Positions 49,401-59,400 of a stretch of DNA of 64,000 nucleotides are shown here, piece after piece. The notes under the pieces are model-generated. The model worked only from the letters and a program-made list of their open reading frames with translations. It did no database searches and was not told where the DNA came from. Every line of letters begins with the position of its first letter. Positions within the stretch are counted from its first letter, which is position 1. The stretch comes from Vermamoeba vermiformis (taxonomy: Eukaryota), in assembly GCA_045837725.1 (NCBI GenBank), contig JBEWZL010000022.1, positions 1 through 64,000 of the forward strand. The letters run 5' to 3'. The translations under genes were made by a program, and so were the position numbers.

Positions 49401-50171
49401 ATGGGGTTTTCCAATGTCTACTGTGGTGAGATTTAGTCCAACTGCAATAGGGTTGTGATCGGACACTGTCAATGAACTAATAAAATGGAAGGAGAAAAAG
49501 TTCCTGCCGAATGCGTTAGTGAGGACTCTGTCTATGCTTGACTTGGTGCCTGTTTGTTTGTGTGTGTGTGTGAATTTGATGGTTGAAATGTTAGTGTCGG
49601 TTCTACACGTGTCTAGAAGCAAGTGGTCAAGGCACTCATTATAGTGGTTTCTAATGTTATTTTTGTAGCCAGTGGTACTTTGTTCCTTTTCAAAGTTAAA
49701 ATCTCCTCCTATCAGCAGAATGTGGTTTGGGTGGTCTTTAACGAGTTGTGCTAGTGAGTCAAGGGTTCTTTTGCCAATAGTTAAGTTGTGTGGGATGTAT
49801 ACAGAGACTATAAGTATTCTGTGCTTGTCTATGTGGCCGTCGACTGCTATGAGACAGCCGTAGTTGTCCTTAGTGATATTGTCTATTTCAAATTGCATGT
49901 TGCTTCGAATAAGTATAGCGACACCCCAGTTGTGTTCGATGTCGACGGAATAGAAACGCTTGAAACTGGAGAATTCTCCTTTATTTAAATACTTGTTATT
50001 GTGTATTTCTTGTAGTAAAATAAAGTTTGCATTAATAGTTTTAATATATTGGGAGAGTAGACGTCTTTTTTCAGGGTCGTACAGTCCGTTAACATTGTTA
50101 CATAGGGTTATAATATTGTTGGCGTAGGTAGGGGATGATTTGATTATTTCTCTTAGTTTATGAAAGGACAT
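46443..50171 (-). CDS. ORF2: APE endonuclease + reverse transcriptase + C-terminal CCHC zinc knuckle (1242 aa)
   Basis: NVNGL, LQEIH, GGDFN, IDRVL, SDH (APE); KAPGPDG, WRPITL, QTGFI, DWEKAFDR, GVKQGCPLSPLLF, YADD, KYLG (RT); CEHC...ETIEHALFDC. Confidence 0.97.
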   Translation of the reverse strand: MSFHKLREIIKSSPTYANNIITLCNNVNGLYDPEKRRLLSQYIKTINANFILLQEIHNNKYLNKGEFSSFKRFYSVDIEHNWGVAILIRSNMQFEIDNITKDNYGCLIAVDGHIDKHRILIVSVYIPHNLTIGKRTLDSLAQLVKDHPNHILLIGGDFNFEKEQSTTGYKNNIRNHYNECLDHLLLDTCRTDTNISTIKFTHTHKQTGTKSSIDRVLTNAFGRNFFSFHFISSLTVSDHNPIAVGLNLTTVDIGKPHWRLRTVTMENKEIQKQISTWLRIMKPNNITWATHFDNLMTKIKEFLKTKQKELDQQRDKRLVDLEARMAEFERDDNTECIEYERIKEQINQIEIEKLNNKCYEEARYWYENGEKPTKSFFNRNKEDKRIIISSMQSGGKTLKTTNEMLNVTRNFYKTLYSPKQVQMNKLQEVMSSVTKSFKFTNNICCEEFTVNEICHAIDNITIDKAPGPDGLTMALFKTLKKEWAPVLANLFNEITSREKIPKNFENSIITLVPKPNTPKENSEPKDWRPITLTNSAYKILTKCVADRLAPIVGDYVGPHQTGFIQGRDIRENIITIQALIEHYKIHNKRIALLLLDWEKAFDRIDHRSLIAILRELNFPPKLLSIVIAIYRNSWAQVRINNKLSNHFKVQSGVKQGCPLSPLLFILIIEVLHTLVRDNSDISPNPIVKQKTQGYADDTMALINNKKELIPLKQCIDTYCAITGAKVNESKSKMLTIGKWEDIPGSYQFTNAEQGLKYLGAKVSYPIDQNIWKAQVNKINSVLRRWKYAPLSLFGKKIVVESLALSKLWYLGSVYFIHHSHLRSIEQSISKFYKGTRKKNPIQIRKLNAPFDKGGQNFTDIRAKSTALTSKWIVKYLAIKENKTKPTPWMLMLENYLEEKKDHHQLHLLAKTDSKAVTDRVFDNITNAWRRIMHRRFTICENEWIAALKNNRINKIGIAINKDENNYITFKCPEDKFIKGNMIVNYRVHKTDAIPIKVTIASGKVIKQELIPTSKQLSEINLIKSNQKPINIVTQYCAFESESDLKLKFVMNQNINQLLHTAAKQLVRKFKLPKIIRDRLDLNKIKKLIENSHKININNQTKEFLTYLIYDCLPTRVFLQKTHQIPHSTCEHCHEVPETIEHALFDCIDWIDNSLLAHVNKYFINYRSRWALFRDLLQLPENRLINIIITITTLHFKWNMRARHNLGDNNFGKYFVILSDRITFLERHPDRALKTDPTIYKIK

Positions 50172-51478
50172 TATTTCTTCTTATTCCCCTCCACGTTTTT
50201 TGATTTCCCTGTTCTACGCTTGTAACGTTGGAATTTGATCTTTAGCTGTCCGATTACGTAATGCTTTGTAAGAATGTTGTTGAAATCTTCCGAGCTTTGC
50301 ATGCGCAGTACTGCAAATTGCATGGGGTTGCCCTTTTTGTCTTTGGGAACGAAGATTTGCTGCACTGGAATGCCGATCTTGTCAGTGACTGCTTTGACGT
50401 GTTTGGTGGTGAGTTTGATTCCTCGGAAGCCTGTCATCTTCACTAGCTTCGCTGTGCTTGGCATGTGGCCGTCGACACTGACATATACTAGCTTCGGTTG
50501 TTCAGTTGGATGGCTCTTGTCCTTGTTTTCTTTTGGTGGTATCTCAATAGGGAGCACTCGTCTCTGTGCAATCTTACAAACTAGGTCGTCGGTAAGGCCT
50601 GACACAATAGTAGTGCCCGTTCCTTTGCCATAGTTGATTGCAACATTCTCAGTTTTGGCTACAACTCCGAACTTTTTGAGCTCCGTAACGATATGTTCCT
50701 TTGAAAAGTCTGCTGTGAACAGGACAATGCCTGGAGTTTTGCCGTAGTTGGTATCATACTTCTGTATGGTGCAGTTTGCTGCTTTGAATTCTTGGATGCA
50801 GGCTTCGATATCTGCTTCGTTATGTAGCACTACAAAGACACGATTGCCGTTTTCGCTTAGTCTAAGGTACTCATAGTCAACCGGTTTAGTTATGTGTTTG
50901 TTGATGAGGGCAATGGCTTCTGCCTGGCTGTTCATTGTTCCTTTTGTAATGTTAATGATAACTGTTCGCTGATCCAGCTCTTTGTCTAATTCGTCAAAGT
51001 TGACGTCGAGTTCAATTTCCTCTTCACCGGAGCTTTCGTCATGGTCAGTGGTGTCACCTAAATTGCTATAAACTGGAGCAATGGGACTTGTCTTTTGTTT
51101 TTTCGCAGATCGACCGTTGGTGGGATCTGGCGAGTCTTCTCTTGAGCGCTTTGAGTTTCTAGAGCCGCTAGTAATTTTAAGCGTAATTAGAAGTATGTTT
51201 TTGTAAGTAACGATTATTAGGGCGAAGTTCGAGTAGTCACGCGACGTCGCGCGATTTAATTTTTTAAATTTAGTATTTAAAATATTATTGCTAGTGAAAA
51301 ATTCGTCTCGTGAGAGTAGTCTCGTGCCCAGTGCATAATAAACACCCCACGCAGTTGCACTGGGACTTCTCTCGATTTCTCGAGAGCGCGTTGGGATGGC
51401 GTTTTTCACGCACGTAAAAGATATAATATATAGAGTATATAATACGTACGTGACGAATGAATTTAGCGTTGCTTGCAT
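50171..51478 (-). CDS. ORF1: RRM-like nucleic-acid-binding protein; probable start at 51478 with predicted intron 51449-51168
   Basis: Acidic/basic N-terminal region, then RRM-like segments (RVFVVLHNEADI; QQIFVPKDKKGNPMQFAVLRMQS); its stop overlaps the ORF2 ATG. Confidence 0.8.
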   Translation of the reverse strand: MQATLNSFVTYVLYTLYIISFTCVKNAIPTRSREIERSPSATAWGVYYALGTRLLSRDEFFTSNNILNTKFKKLNRATSRDYSNFALIIVTYKNILLITLKITSGSRNSKRSREDSPDPTNGRSAKKQKTSPIAPVYSNLGDTTDHDESSGEEEIELDVNFDELDKELDQRTVIINITKGTMNSQAEAIALINKHITKPVDYEYLRLSENGNRVFVVLHNEADIEACIQEFKAANCTIQKYDTNYGKTPGIVLFTADFSKEHIVTELKKFGVVAKTENVAINYGKGTGTTIVSGLTDDLVCKIAQRRVLPIEIPPKENKDKSHPTEQPKLVYVSVDGHMPSTAKLVKMTGFRGIKLTTKHVKAVTDKIGIPVQQIFVPKDKKGNPMQFAVLRMQSSEDFNNILTKHYVIGQLKIKFQRYKRRTGKSKNVEGNKKK

Positions 51479-51776
51479 TTTAGATTGTTTTCTTTCCAGT
51501 TGTGGTGTTTTGTTTCCGTCTAAAGTTCCGAACAAATTAAGTATTAACATTGAGCGATGAAAAATGGATGGAATGTGCGCGAAAGAATCACAGCGGAATA
51601 ACTCATTATATTTACGCATTTGACAAATTGCAAGGCTGAAACATCGTTCATGAAAACAGGAAGAGTAACACTGCCGAGGACAAAATCAGGACAGCACTCT
51701 CGTGTCCTGTCTCCTCCTATGGAACTCTCGCGATTGTTCAGCAATTAACCGTAGTAAAAATATCATTACAACTCTT

Positions 51777-51798
51777 CTATAAATGACGTATTTATAGC
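51777..51798. promoter_or_regulatory. Palindromic double TATA box around a TGACGT core
   Basis: CTATAAAT-GACGT-ATTTATAG lies between the divergently oriented retroelement and the gene at 52145. Confidence 0.45.
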
Positions 51799-52144
51799 GT
51801 TAGTCCGAATCTAACCTAGGACGCAACTCCGTATAATCTTACAGGCTTCATTAACTTGCAACCATTCATCGTTCTCATTGGTGCTTGATCGGTTGGTTTC
51901 TTGACCGCTAGTCATAAAATGATTGCGTTGTCAATGAAAATGTGAGCGGAAAAAACTGCGATTTGATTCACATGTAACCAGCGCGAACAACATTACAATA
52001 AGTGCGAACAAAGTGATAATGGACGTGCAAGTCCTCAAGCAAGATATTTAAGCACTTGCACGACACTTGTTTTGATTCATTCAGTTCAATCGAACAATCA
52101 ACAACACCACTCACCACTCATTCTTTTGCACCAATCACACGCAA

Positions 52145-52734
52145 ATGTCTCTCGTTATGCGCAAAGCCATCGCTGAATGCGAAGCAGGAAACGGATTGAA
52201 ATCACTCAACGATGCCTTGAAGAAGATCAGTGCCACTTTGACTGCTTCACTCGACATTGAGTCCATCAAGGCATTGACTGTAAGTATTAATTAATAACAA
52301 ATATAACTGTCAGGTTGATATTACTTTGGTCAAACAAAGTCAAAGCTTGCGTTGCACGAGTACGTTTCACTGAAGCGATTCTCAACCAGGGCAAGATCAA
52401 CTGGACCAGCAAAGAAGAACTCGATGCCCCAGTGGCCGTGCTCAAGTACTTCACGCGATTCAACGTGCTTCAAACCATCGCCAAAGCATTCGAGAAGGTC
52501 GGCAAAGACGCCATTGGCAAAGAAGCCATTCAATCTGAGATCCACAAGCTCGTCGTGCACGTGGTTCAAGATGGTGCTCAGACTGGAAATTTCGCAGTCT
52601 CGTGGCAAGTCGAGAAGAAAGACAAAGAGTTGCACGTGACTGTTGGTCGTGACTGGCCCTCGCATGCCAAAGACAGCAACAACGGCTATCCTGCTGAAGA
52701 TGCTTTGGCCAAGTTGATCGAAGGCTGCTTGTAG
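52145..52734 (+). CDS. Hypothetical ~175-aa soluble protein (2 exons), strongly biased codon usage
   Basis: ATG at 52145, GTAAGT intron from ~52280, second exon runs into ORF 52315..52734; C-ending codons predominate; two degenerate copies elsewhere in the window. Confidence 0.8.
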
Positions 52735-53010
52735 ATGATCGATATTGTACCGCTTCTATTTTGATCGACTACTGATCTACGTTATTAATAAATAACTCAC
52801 GGATTCGTTCTAGTTCGTTACAATTATTATATTTCTAAGAATTGGCTACGGAGCAACGGGTGGCTCACCCATTTCTAAAAACAGCATCAGTACACATCGC
52901 ATCGAATAATTTTAGCTTTTAAAATTACGCAATAACGTATAATTAACTTATAATAGCGTTGGTATTGTTATTAAACGAACATATTTTATCTCGTACTGTA
53001 TTTTGTCGAT

Positions 53011-54528
53011 TTATGAAAATCCAGTATCCATCAATGCATTTGCTAGAACAACATTCTTCCAGCAATCATAAACTGCTTGAAAGACTATGCTGTCCTCGCT
53101 ATAAGGATACAACGTCAAACAATGTCCGATAATGGTGTCCGTTAATTGCCTCGTGAAGTATTGAATGTAATTGTTGGCCGGGATATCCAAATTTTCGTTT
53201 GCAATTCTTTCTTTCAGTTTCGCTTCGCCGATAAAAAACACGCCTAGTGCTGGATGATACGAAGGCTGGTGAAAATCTCCTAACTTGCCAAGCCCACTTT
53301 TGCGAGCTGTTGCACGTTTGAACTGCTTTTTTGTGATTGGTCCGTGCGGTCTGGTCGACACATCGCGTACGAATGATTTGCACATATCTAAGTACGTTAT
53401 CTTCGTACCATCAGGTTCAATCAATTCCGAGTCAAATTCAGCCATATTGACCTGTCAAAAAAAAAATGTGAAAAAATTGAAACGAAATTTCGCCGGATTG
53501 ATTAAGGTCCAATAATTACCACTAAGAACGAAACAGGGTCGCAATCGTATTGAAAATTTGCTCGAAGATGATCGATATTAATAGCTACTAGCTTCCAAAC
53601 TCTGTAAGATGCGATCAGATCAGCAGTAAAAAAAAAACAAAAATTTAGATGAAGACGTACTCGGATCCGAATCTCTTTTCATCAATTCGATATGTCCGTT
53701 CATGATAAAAAGTCCATTTTTCAGTGAAAATCAACTTTTTGTAGTCAGCCACAGTGGTCAGCGCATCGCTAGCCGACTTTTCTAGCCCGTTATTGAGACA
53801 AAAATTCCGCCATATCGATACGTCATTGAACACTAATAATAAAATTACCTAATATTTATAAATATATATTTGCTACGCACTCAACGTACCTTGGTTCAAT
53901 TTTTTGTTAACGCGGATCAAGTTAAGACAATCTCGAGGTTGTAGTTGAGAAGCTATCATGTATAATACTTCTAGAGGTAGTGCACGTGATATATCAACGC
54001 CGTCATTATTATTTGTAACTAACAAAGCAAAAATTAGGGTTTGATTTCCTCGGATGCAGATCTGCTTTTTAATACCCGTTGACCGATTAGGCGTTAAATT
54101 ATAGTAACTGCGTTGACTTGCGGAGTACTCAATAAAACGTATTGTGGTGTAATCCAAGTCTGTCGGGGGGGTCTGCAAGACGGATTCGCTCAACTTTTTG
54201 AAGAACCAACTGAGATCAGTACCAGGGACACCTGTCATTTAATTATTCGTGAATAAATACCGATTGTATCGCTAAATGCGAGGAATATAATTGCTGCTTT
54301 CAATTATGAAATTTAAAAATTAAAAAAGATTTTTAGTAATTTACCTGCGACGTATGATAGTAACTCGTGCTTCTCAAGGTGTTCACCTGAATAATATACA
54401 ATTATATTAATTTTAAAATTAATTCTTAAAGCAGTCTTTGCCCAAACGATTATTTGCCTACCTTTGTTCTTCTTTTGTTTTTTCTGAGCTTTATTTTTGT
54501 TTTTTTTGTCCTTCTTGTTCTTTTCCAT
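53011..54528 (-). CDS. F-box protein with Lys-rich N-terminus, multi-exon, tandem copy A
   Basis: MEKNKKDKKNK...; DISRALPLEVLYMIASQLQPRDCLNLIRVNKKLNQ...WRNFC; last exon ELIEPDGTKITYLDMCK. Confidence 0.75.
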
Positions 54529-54792
54529 GTAGATGACTTAATGATTTTAAAATCAAGAAACAGTTGAAGTTGTCGTTGGGCGTGTGTAAAATAACAGAAT
54601 TCCTATTTTTTTTGGGTTTTCTGATTCGCATGCAACGTTTCTGTGGGCGTGTGTAAAATAATCAAAATTCCGATTTGATTCGTAACCGATTTTTCTGTCG
54701 TCGACCAAAATCTGGTCCGCTCTCCCGAAGTGATACAATTGAGATAGAAAGAACAATGCAACTGCTATATAAATGTTTATCTACTAATTTTA

Positions 54793-56244
54793 TTATTTGA
54801 TTCCGGTGTGACTCGACCAGGGTGTCTGTTCGCAGATGCTTGTAAAGTTTGGATCTCCCCAACAAACATAAGGCCATGCCACAGTTGGACGAATTGTTGA
54901 TACTAACAGTTGTCTGAAATGTTCTACGTAACGGTCATCTTCATGAATGACAACGGGGAAATTCGGATCTTGCAGGACTTTTTCTTTGAATTGAGCTTGA
55001 CCAACGAGACATACCACAATGTACTTGAAATGATACGGCTGATAAAAATCTTGCGTAATCAAAGAAGAACGTCGACCTAACGCTTTCTTACGATAGGTTA
55101 ACTTCAATTGTGACTTTGTGATTGGGCCGTAAGGTCTTGTTGCGATCTGTTCCAAGACTTGTCTGCATTTATCCATGTAGTTAATCTTCGTGCCGTCTGG
55201 CTCCGTTAACTCCACATCGTACTTTGACACGTCAACCTGTCAAAAGAAGTGTCATTGGTTAGAATCGCGTCAACCGTGAAAATTATTTGATGACACGTGT
55301 CAAAGATATTTTGAGCGTTTACGTACGACAAAGACTACCATATCGGCTAGGTAATAATGACAATTTTTCAGATAAATATCAAACGGTGTCGCTCGTAGCC
55401 TCCAGACGCTTTTGCAAAAAATGACGTCAACTTTGTATCTGATACGATTATATAGATACAAGTATTATTATACATAACTTACTCATGGCAGAGCTTCTTT
55501 TTGCAGACATAATCTACTTCTTGTGTTAATGTCCAGTGTCCATCGAACAGCAGCTTTTTGCATTCGGTAGTTGTAAACGACGAACAATTTTCAACGCCTT
55601 TATCGGCACAATATCTCCTCCATATAGGTGCTACATTTAGTACTATAATTCGTCATATCAGTGCTATTCGTTAATGTCCAACAAACGTACTTTGATTTAG
55701 AAGCTTGTTGACTAAAATTAAATTGAGACAATCTCTCGGGTGTAGGTACGAAGCGAATGAATATAGCATTTCTGATGGTAATGCGCGTGATATATCAACT
55801 CCACAGCCATAACGCTCACAGTAGGCTGGATCTGTTGAATTTGTTAGTAGGGGACGTTAAAGTCCCTTGTGATTTACCTAATGACACAGGTGCGTATGGC
55901 TCATAAAACCCATTAAAATTCTCAATTATATTTAGCACTGTTTTATCGTATTCGCTCAAGCTTCGCGAGAGCGAGTGGCTGATCGATCTGAAAGCTGACA
56001 AAAGAAGATGTGATCCAGGAATCGCTGTCAGAAAAATTAACGAAAAATAAAAAAAAAGTAATCTATGCAAATTCTTACCAAAGAAAGATATCGGCAGCTT
56101 TTCTAAAATTTTCTTCGTTTTATCTTAGAAAATTATTCTCAGCACTACACCCCGCTTATATATTTCTCCTACGCACGTACCTTTCTTGACCGATTTACTA
56201 CTCTTTTTATCTGCTTTCTCTTTTCTGCGCTCTTTTTTTTCCAT
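54793..56244 (-). CDS. F-box protein with Lys-rich N-terminus, multi-exon, tandem copy B
   Basis: MEKKERRKEK...; DISRALPSEMLYSFASYLHPRDCLNLILVNKLLNQ; last exon ELTEPDGTKINYMDKCR. Confidence 0.75.
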
Positions 56245-56466
56245 CTTCCTTGCGATCTGACCTTTTCACCACTTAGTAGTATAAGTACAACTGCGTTTTG
56301 ACACGAGGTGCTCAAATAAACGAAAGCAATAAACATGTTTTTCGAAACGAAAGAAAGCCCTGTGAGCCACAAATCCTCGATAGCTGTCAACTAATTCAGG
56401 ATTGAAATTCAACAAACGTACAAAGAATAACTTTTTAAAAACGATTATTACAATCATATTTAATGC

Positions 56467-59400
56467 TTAAAATACCAATAAACCGAGCGCAGCACCGACT
56501 CCACAAACAATACTACCCGAGATTTTTTCACCTGCACTAACGGATGGCGAAGAAGAGGACGGAGAGTTGTTATTATTGCCATTTGAAGGTGCATTAGGGT
56601 CAATATAGAGAGGAGTATTAGGCGCTAAGCCTTGTGTCAATTGCAAGACTTCGTTCCACGCTTGGTACTTTGGCGCAGTTTCAATAGCTTGATCTTGGTA
56701 CTCGAGAACTCCCCAGCTATAGAATAGAATATACATTAATATATACTATATAGTTATTAAGTTTGTTGTTATAAACTTACAAGCCGTATTCGGAAGGAGC
56801 AGCGTAGTTAGTGTACGTCACGTGGGTCGAAGCTCCAACGGCCATCCATTGATAAAAAAACATTTTGTAAATATTTTTCATGCGAGGGTGTCTATTAACA
56901 GCCTATAATTGACATTAGAACTGTCAAACAAGTCTAAAATTTATCCGTGTGAAACTTACGGTGTAGATCGGGATACTTTGCATGCGATAAGGACCATGTT
57001 CGGGCACTAGACCAGCACCACTTTCATATGCAAAGAGCTGCACGCCGTGTTTTTGAGCGACTTTGTAACAACTTGTGAAGGGTTCAATGACATCCCACCA
57101 AAGTGCGTCACGTGTCATATCGAGGACTTGATCCACAGTCGGCGTGATATTTTTAGCGAACATTGCGTGCACGTCATCATTGATAGAGTAGCCAAAGTAA
57201 GGTGCACCACAAATACCGTCAAATTGAATGCCGTTAGGGTTCAAAGTGGTGTTGGATGTGAGTGTCAAAAGCGTGTCCATCAGATATGACGACAGTTGTG
57301 AAGGAATTAACTTGACAATTCTTCTATTGAATTCTGAATCTCCAAAGACCGACTTGAATATCGTTAAAATTTCACAGATTCTTTTAACGGTCTGTCTGGA
57401 TCTCGCATCCGAAGTCGGGTTTGGCGAAAGGCCATTTGCGTAGCCTAATCTAGTGACCACATCGGACTGCGAGAAGTCAATGTTCCAAATTTCATTCGAA
57501 TATTCAATGTAGATCTTAAGATTCTTGTCCACATTGTCACGCAAAAGAGTTGCAAATTTGGTGACGTAATCATCAGTCGCTAGAGCAGGAATATTGAACC
57601 ACGCATCAGCTTTGACGATGTTGCAGTACTCAATAGCGTCTTCATAGGGGTTACCAGAGTTGACACTGTACGTCACTTGACCACCTGTCGACGGCACGAA
57701 TCCGGTCAAAGTTGAGTCCGCTGCAATAGTTGCATCACTAAATATCATATTAGCGATTGTTAATATTTTAAAACACACAGTGGTAATAATTAATATTAAA
57801 TAGGAAAATGGTCTATTTTTCGCTTTGAAATGAAATTTCGAACTCACTCGTAAGCAATGTAAAACGATGTAGCATCAATAGGATCGACCATTCCCGACAC
57901 AGATGACATGTTTAGGAAGTACGTTGAACCAGTCGAGAGTTTGAACGTGGCAGTGGCTTGAGGACTAGTTTGAACGGTAACTGATTGGCCACGGACCAAG
58001 TTGTGCGGTTGTGATACAGTGACTTTAGCCAGCCATTGTGTGTTCAATAATAAACTGGTGCCAGTGGTACTCGCATCGATGAACTTGGTGAGAGGTAATG
58101 CATAAACCTTGCCTTTTCTCTGAATAGCGAAAGACGGGAGATTTCGATCTTCCCAATGCGCAATGTTGTTGCCGTTAGTATCGCCCTAATAAAGACAATT
58201 AATATGGACTCGTATGATAAGTTTGAGGGTCTTACCCAGTCCATGAATCGAGCGACTTTAGTGCCGTTGAATCGTTGCAAATAAAGCGGGTGGAATTTTT
58301 GCGTTTGATACGTGTCTTCAAATCCCTTATGAATAACTTTGATATTTCGAACGGGATTGGCTGGATTGCTTTCTTGAATGGTGACTCCGATAGTATTGAT
58401 ACCATCGTCGCACGTGATCGGTTTGACAGTTGTTCCGTTGACGTTGAACGTGTAAGTGCAGCCCAACATAATTCTTATGTTGCCTTCGCCTTCACTAATA
58501 AAAGTGAAATTTCCGTGTGGAAAGTTGGTTTGCAACAGCAGCAAAGAACTGGGCATCATAGAACCCCTGACTATGCCTGTGACTGGCCACCAATTTTCAT
58601 CGTATCCGATGCCAACGCAATCTGCGTTAGAGCAACTCCAAGCATTACCAGCTGATTAAACGTTAATTAAATTTCCTAGAAAATAGTGAGAATAAAAATG
58701 AAACTTACATTTGAACGCGTCTGTGTAGACCCAAGAAGTGCTGTAATACTTGTACGAATTGATGTTTATGCCGAGAGGGAAGTAGCCCCAGTTCATGTCA
58801 GGCTGCACGGTGATGACCAAGTTCAAGCACTTAACAACCACGTTGTCATTGAGCGTCACTCTGAATTGAATGTAGCCGGCAGGCCAAGCACAAACTGAGT
58901 TGTTGTAGTCGATTCTGTTGCCATTCGGGACCATACACCAGCTCAAACCTCCATTAGTCGAAATTTCCAAAGTGACACCAACGTCAGGGTCAGTAGTACT
59001 GCTGCCGATAGGCGAAATTGTCCATGTCGGAGAAACTTCCCAGAAATCAATTATCGAGCTATCAACAACGCCGAGATCAGTAGTGTTCAACGGACGAGAC
59101 GTAAAGCTGCCGCCGTAATAAGGAATCTGTTGAGTTGTGGCTGCGGCAAGTGCGGCGACTTCGCTGTCAGAGAGGGGTCTGTTCCAAATCATAAGCTCAT
59201 CGAGCACGCCCGAGAACCCGCTGCTGATCGTGCCTAAAGGATTAGGAGGCCGAGCACCAACTGCCATCGTGGCACTGCGGCTTTGAAGCACGTCTGTTGG
59301 CGTGCCACTCCACGCTGAACACGTGCTGTCAACGCAAACAGAAAGACCTTTGACTGGATCGTATCTGCAGGCTACATAACTCCAAGTGCCTACAGTAAGG

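Larger units (their letters stand above)
46248..51746 (-). mobile_element. Non-LTR retrotransposon, L1/Tx1(TRE)-type, apparently full length; boundaries approximate
   Basis: ORF1 plus intact APE-RT-zinc knuckle ORF2 joined by a TAATG overlap; structured termini; no poly(A) tail or convincing TSD seen. Confidence 0.9.

Noticed and set aside
51479-51619. N-terminal extension of ORF1 given by the ORF track (482 aa)
   Set aside because: It starts at a non-ATG codon and reads like UTR; the ATG at 51478 followed by a canonical donor is more plausible.
46239-51690. AAATCAGG at 46239-46246 and 51683-51690 as the retroelement TSD
   Set aside because: Only 8 bp, and the second copy lies inside the nested 5' hairpin, which continues to ~51746; likely chance, though not excluded without other copies.
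51640-51745. HDV-like ribozyme suggested by TCCTCG on the minus strand
   Set aside because: I could not build P1, the P1.1 GG or P2 in the required order.
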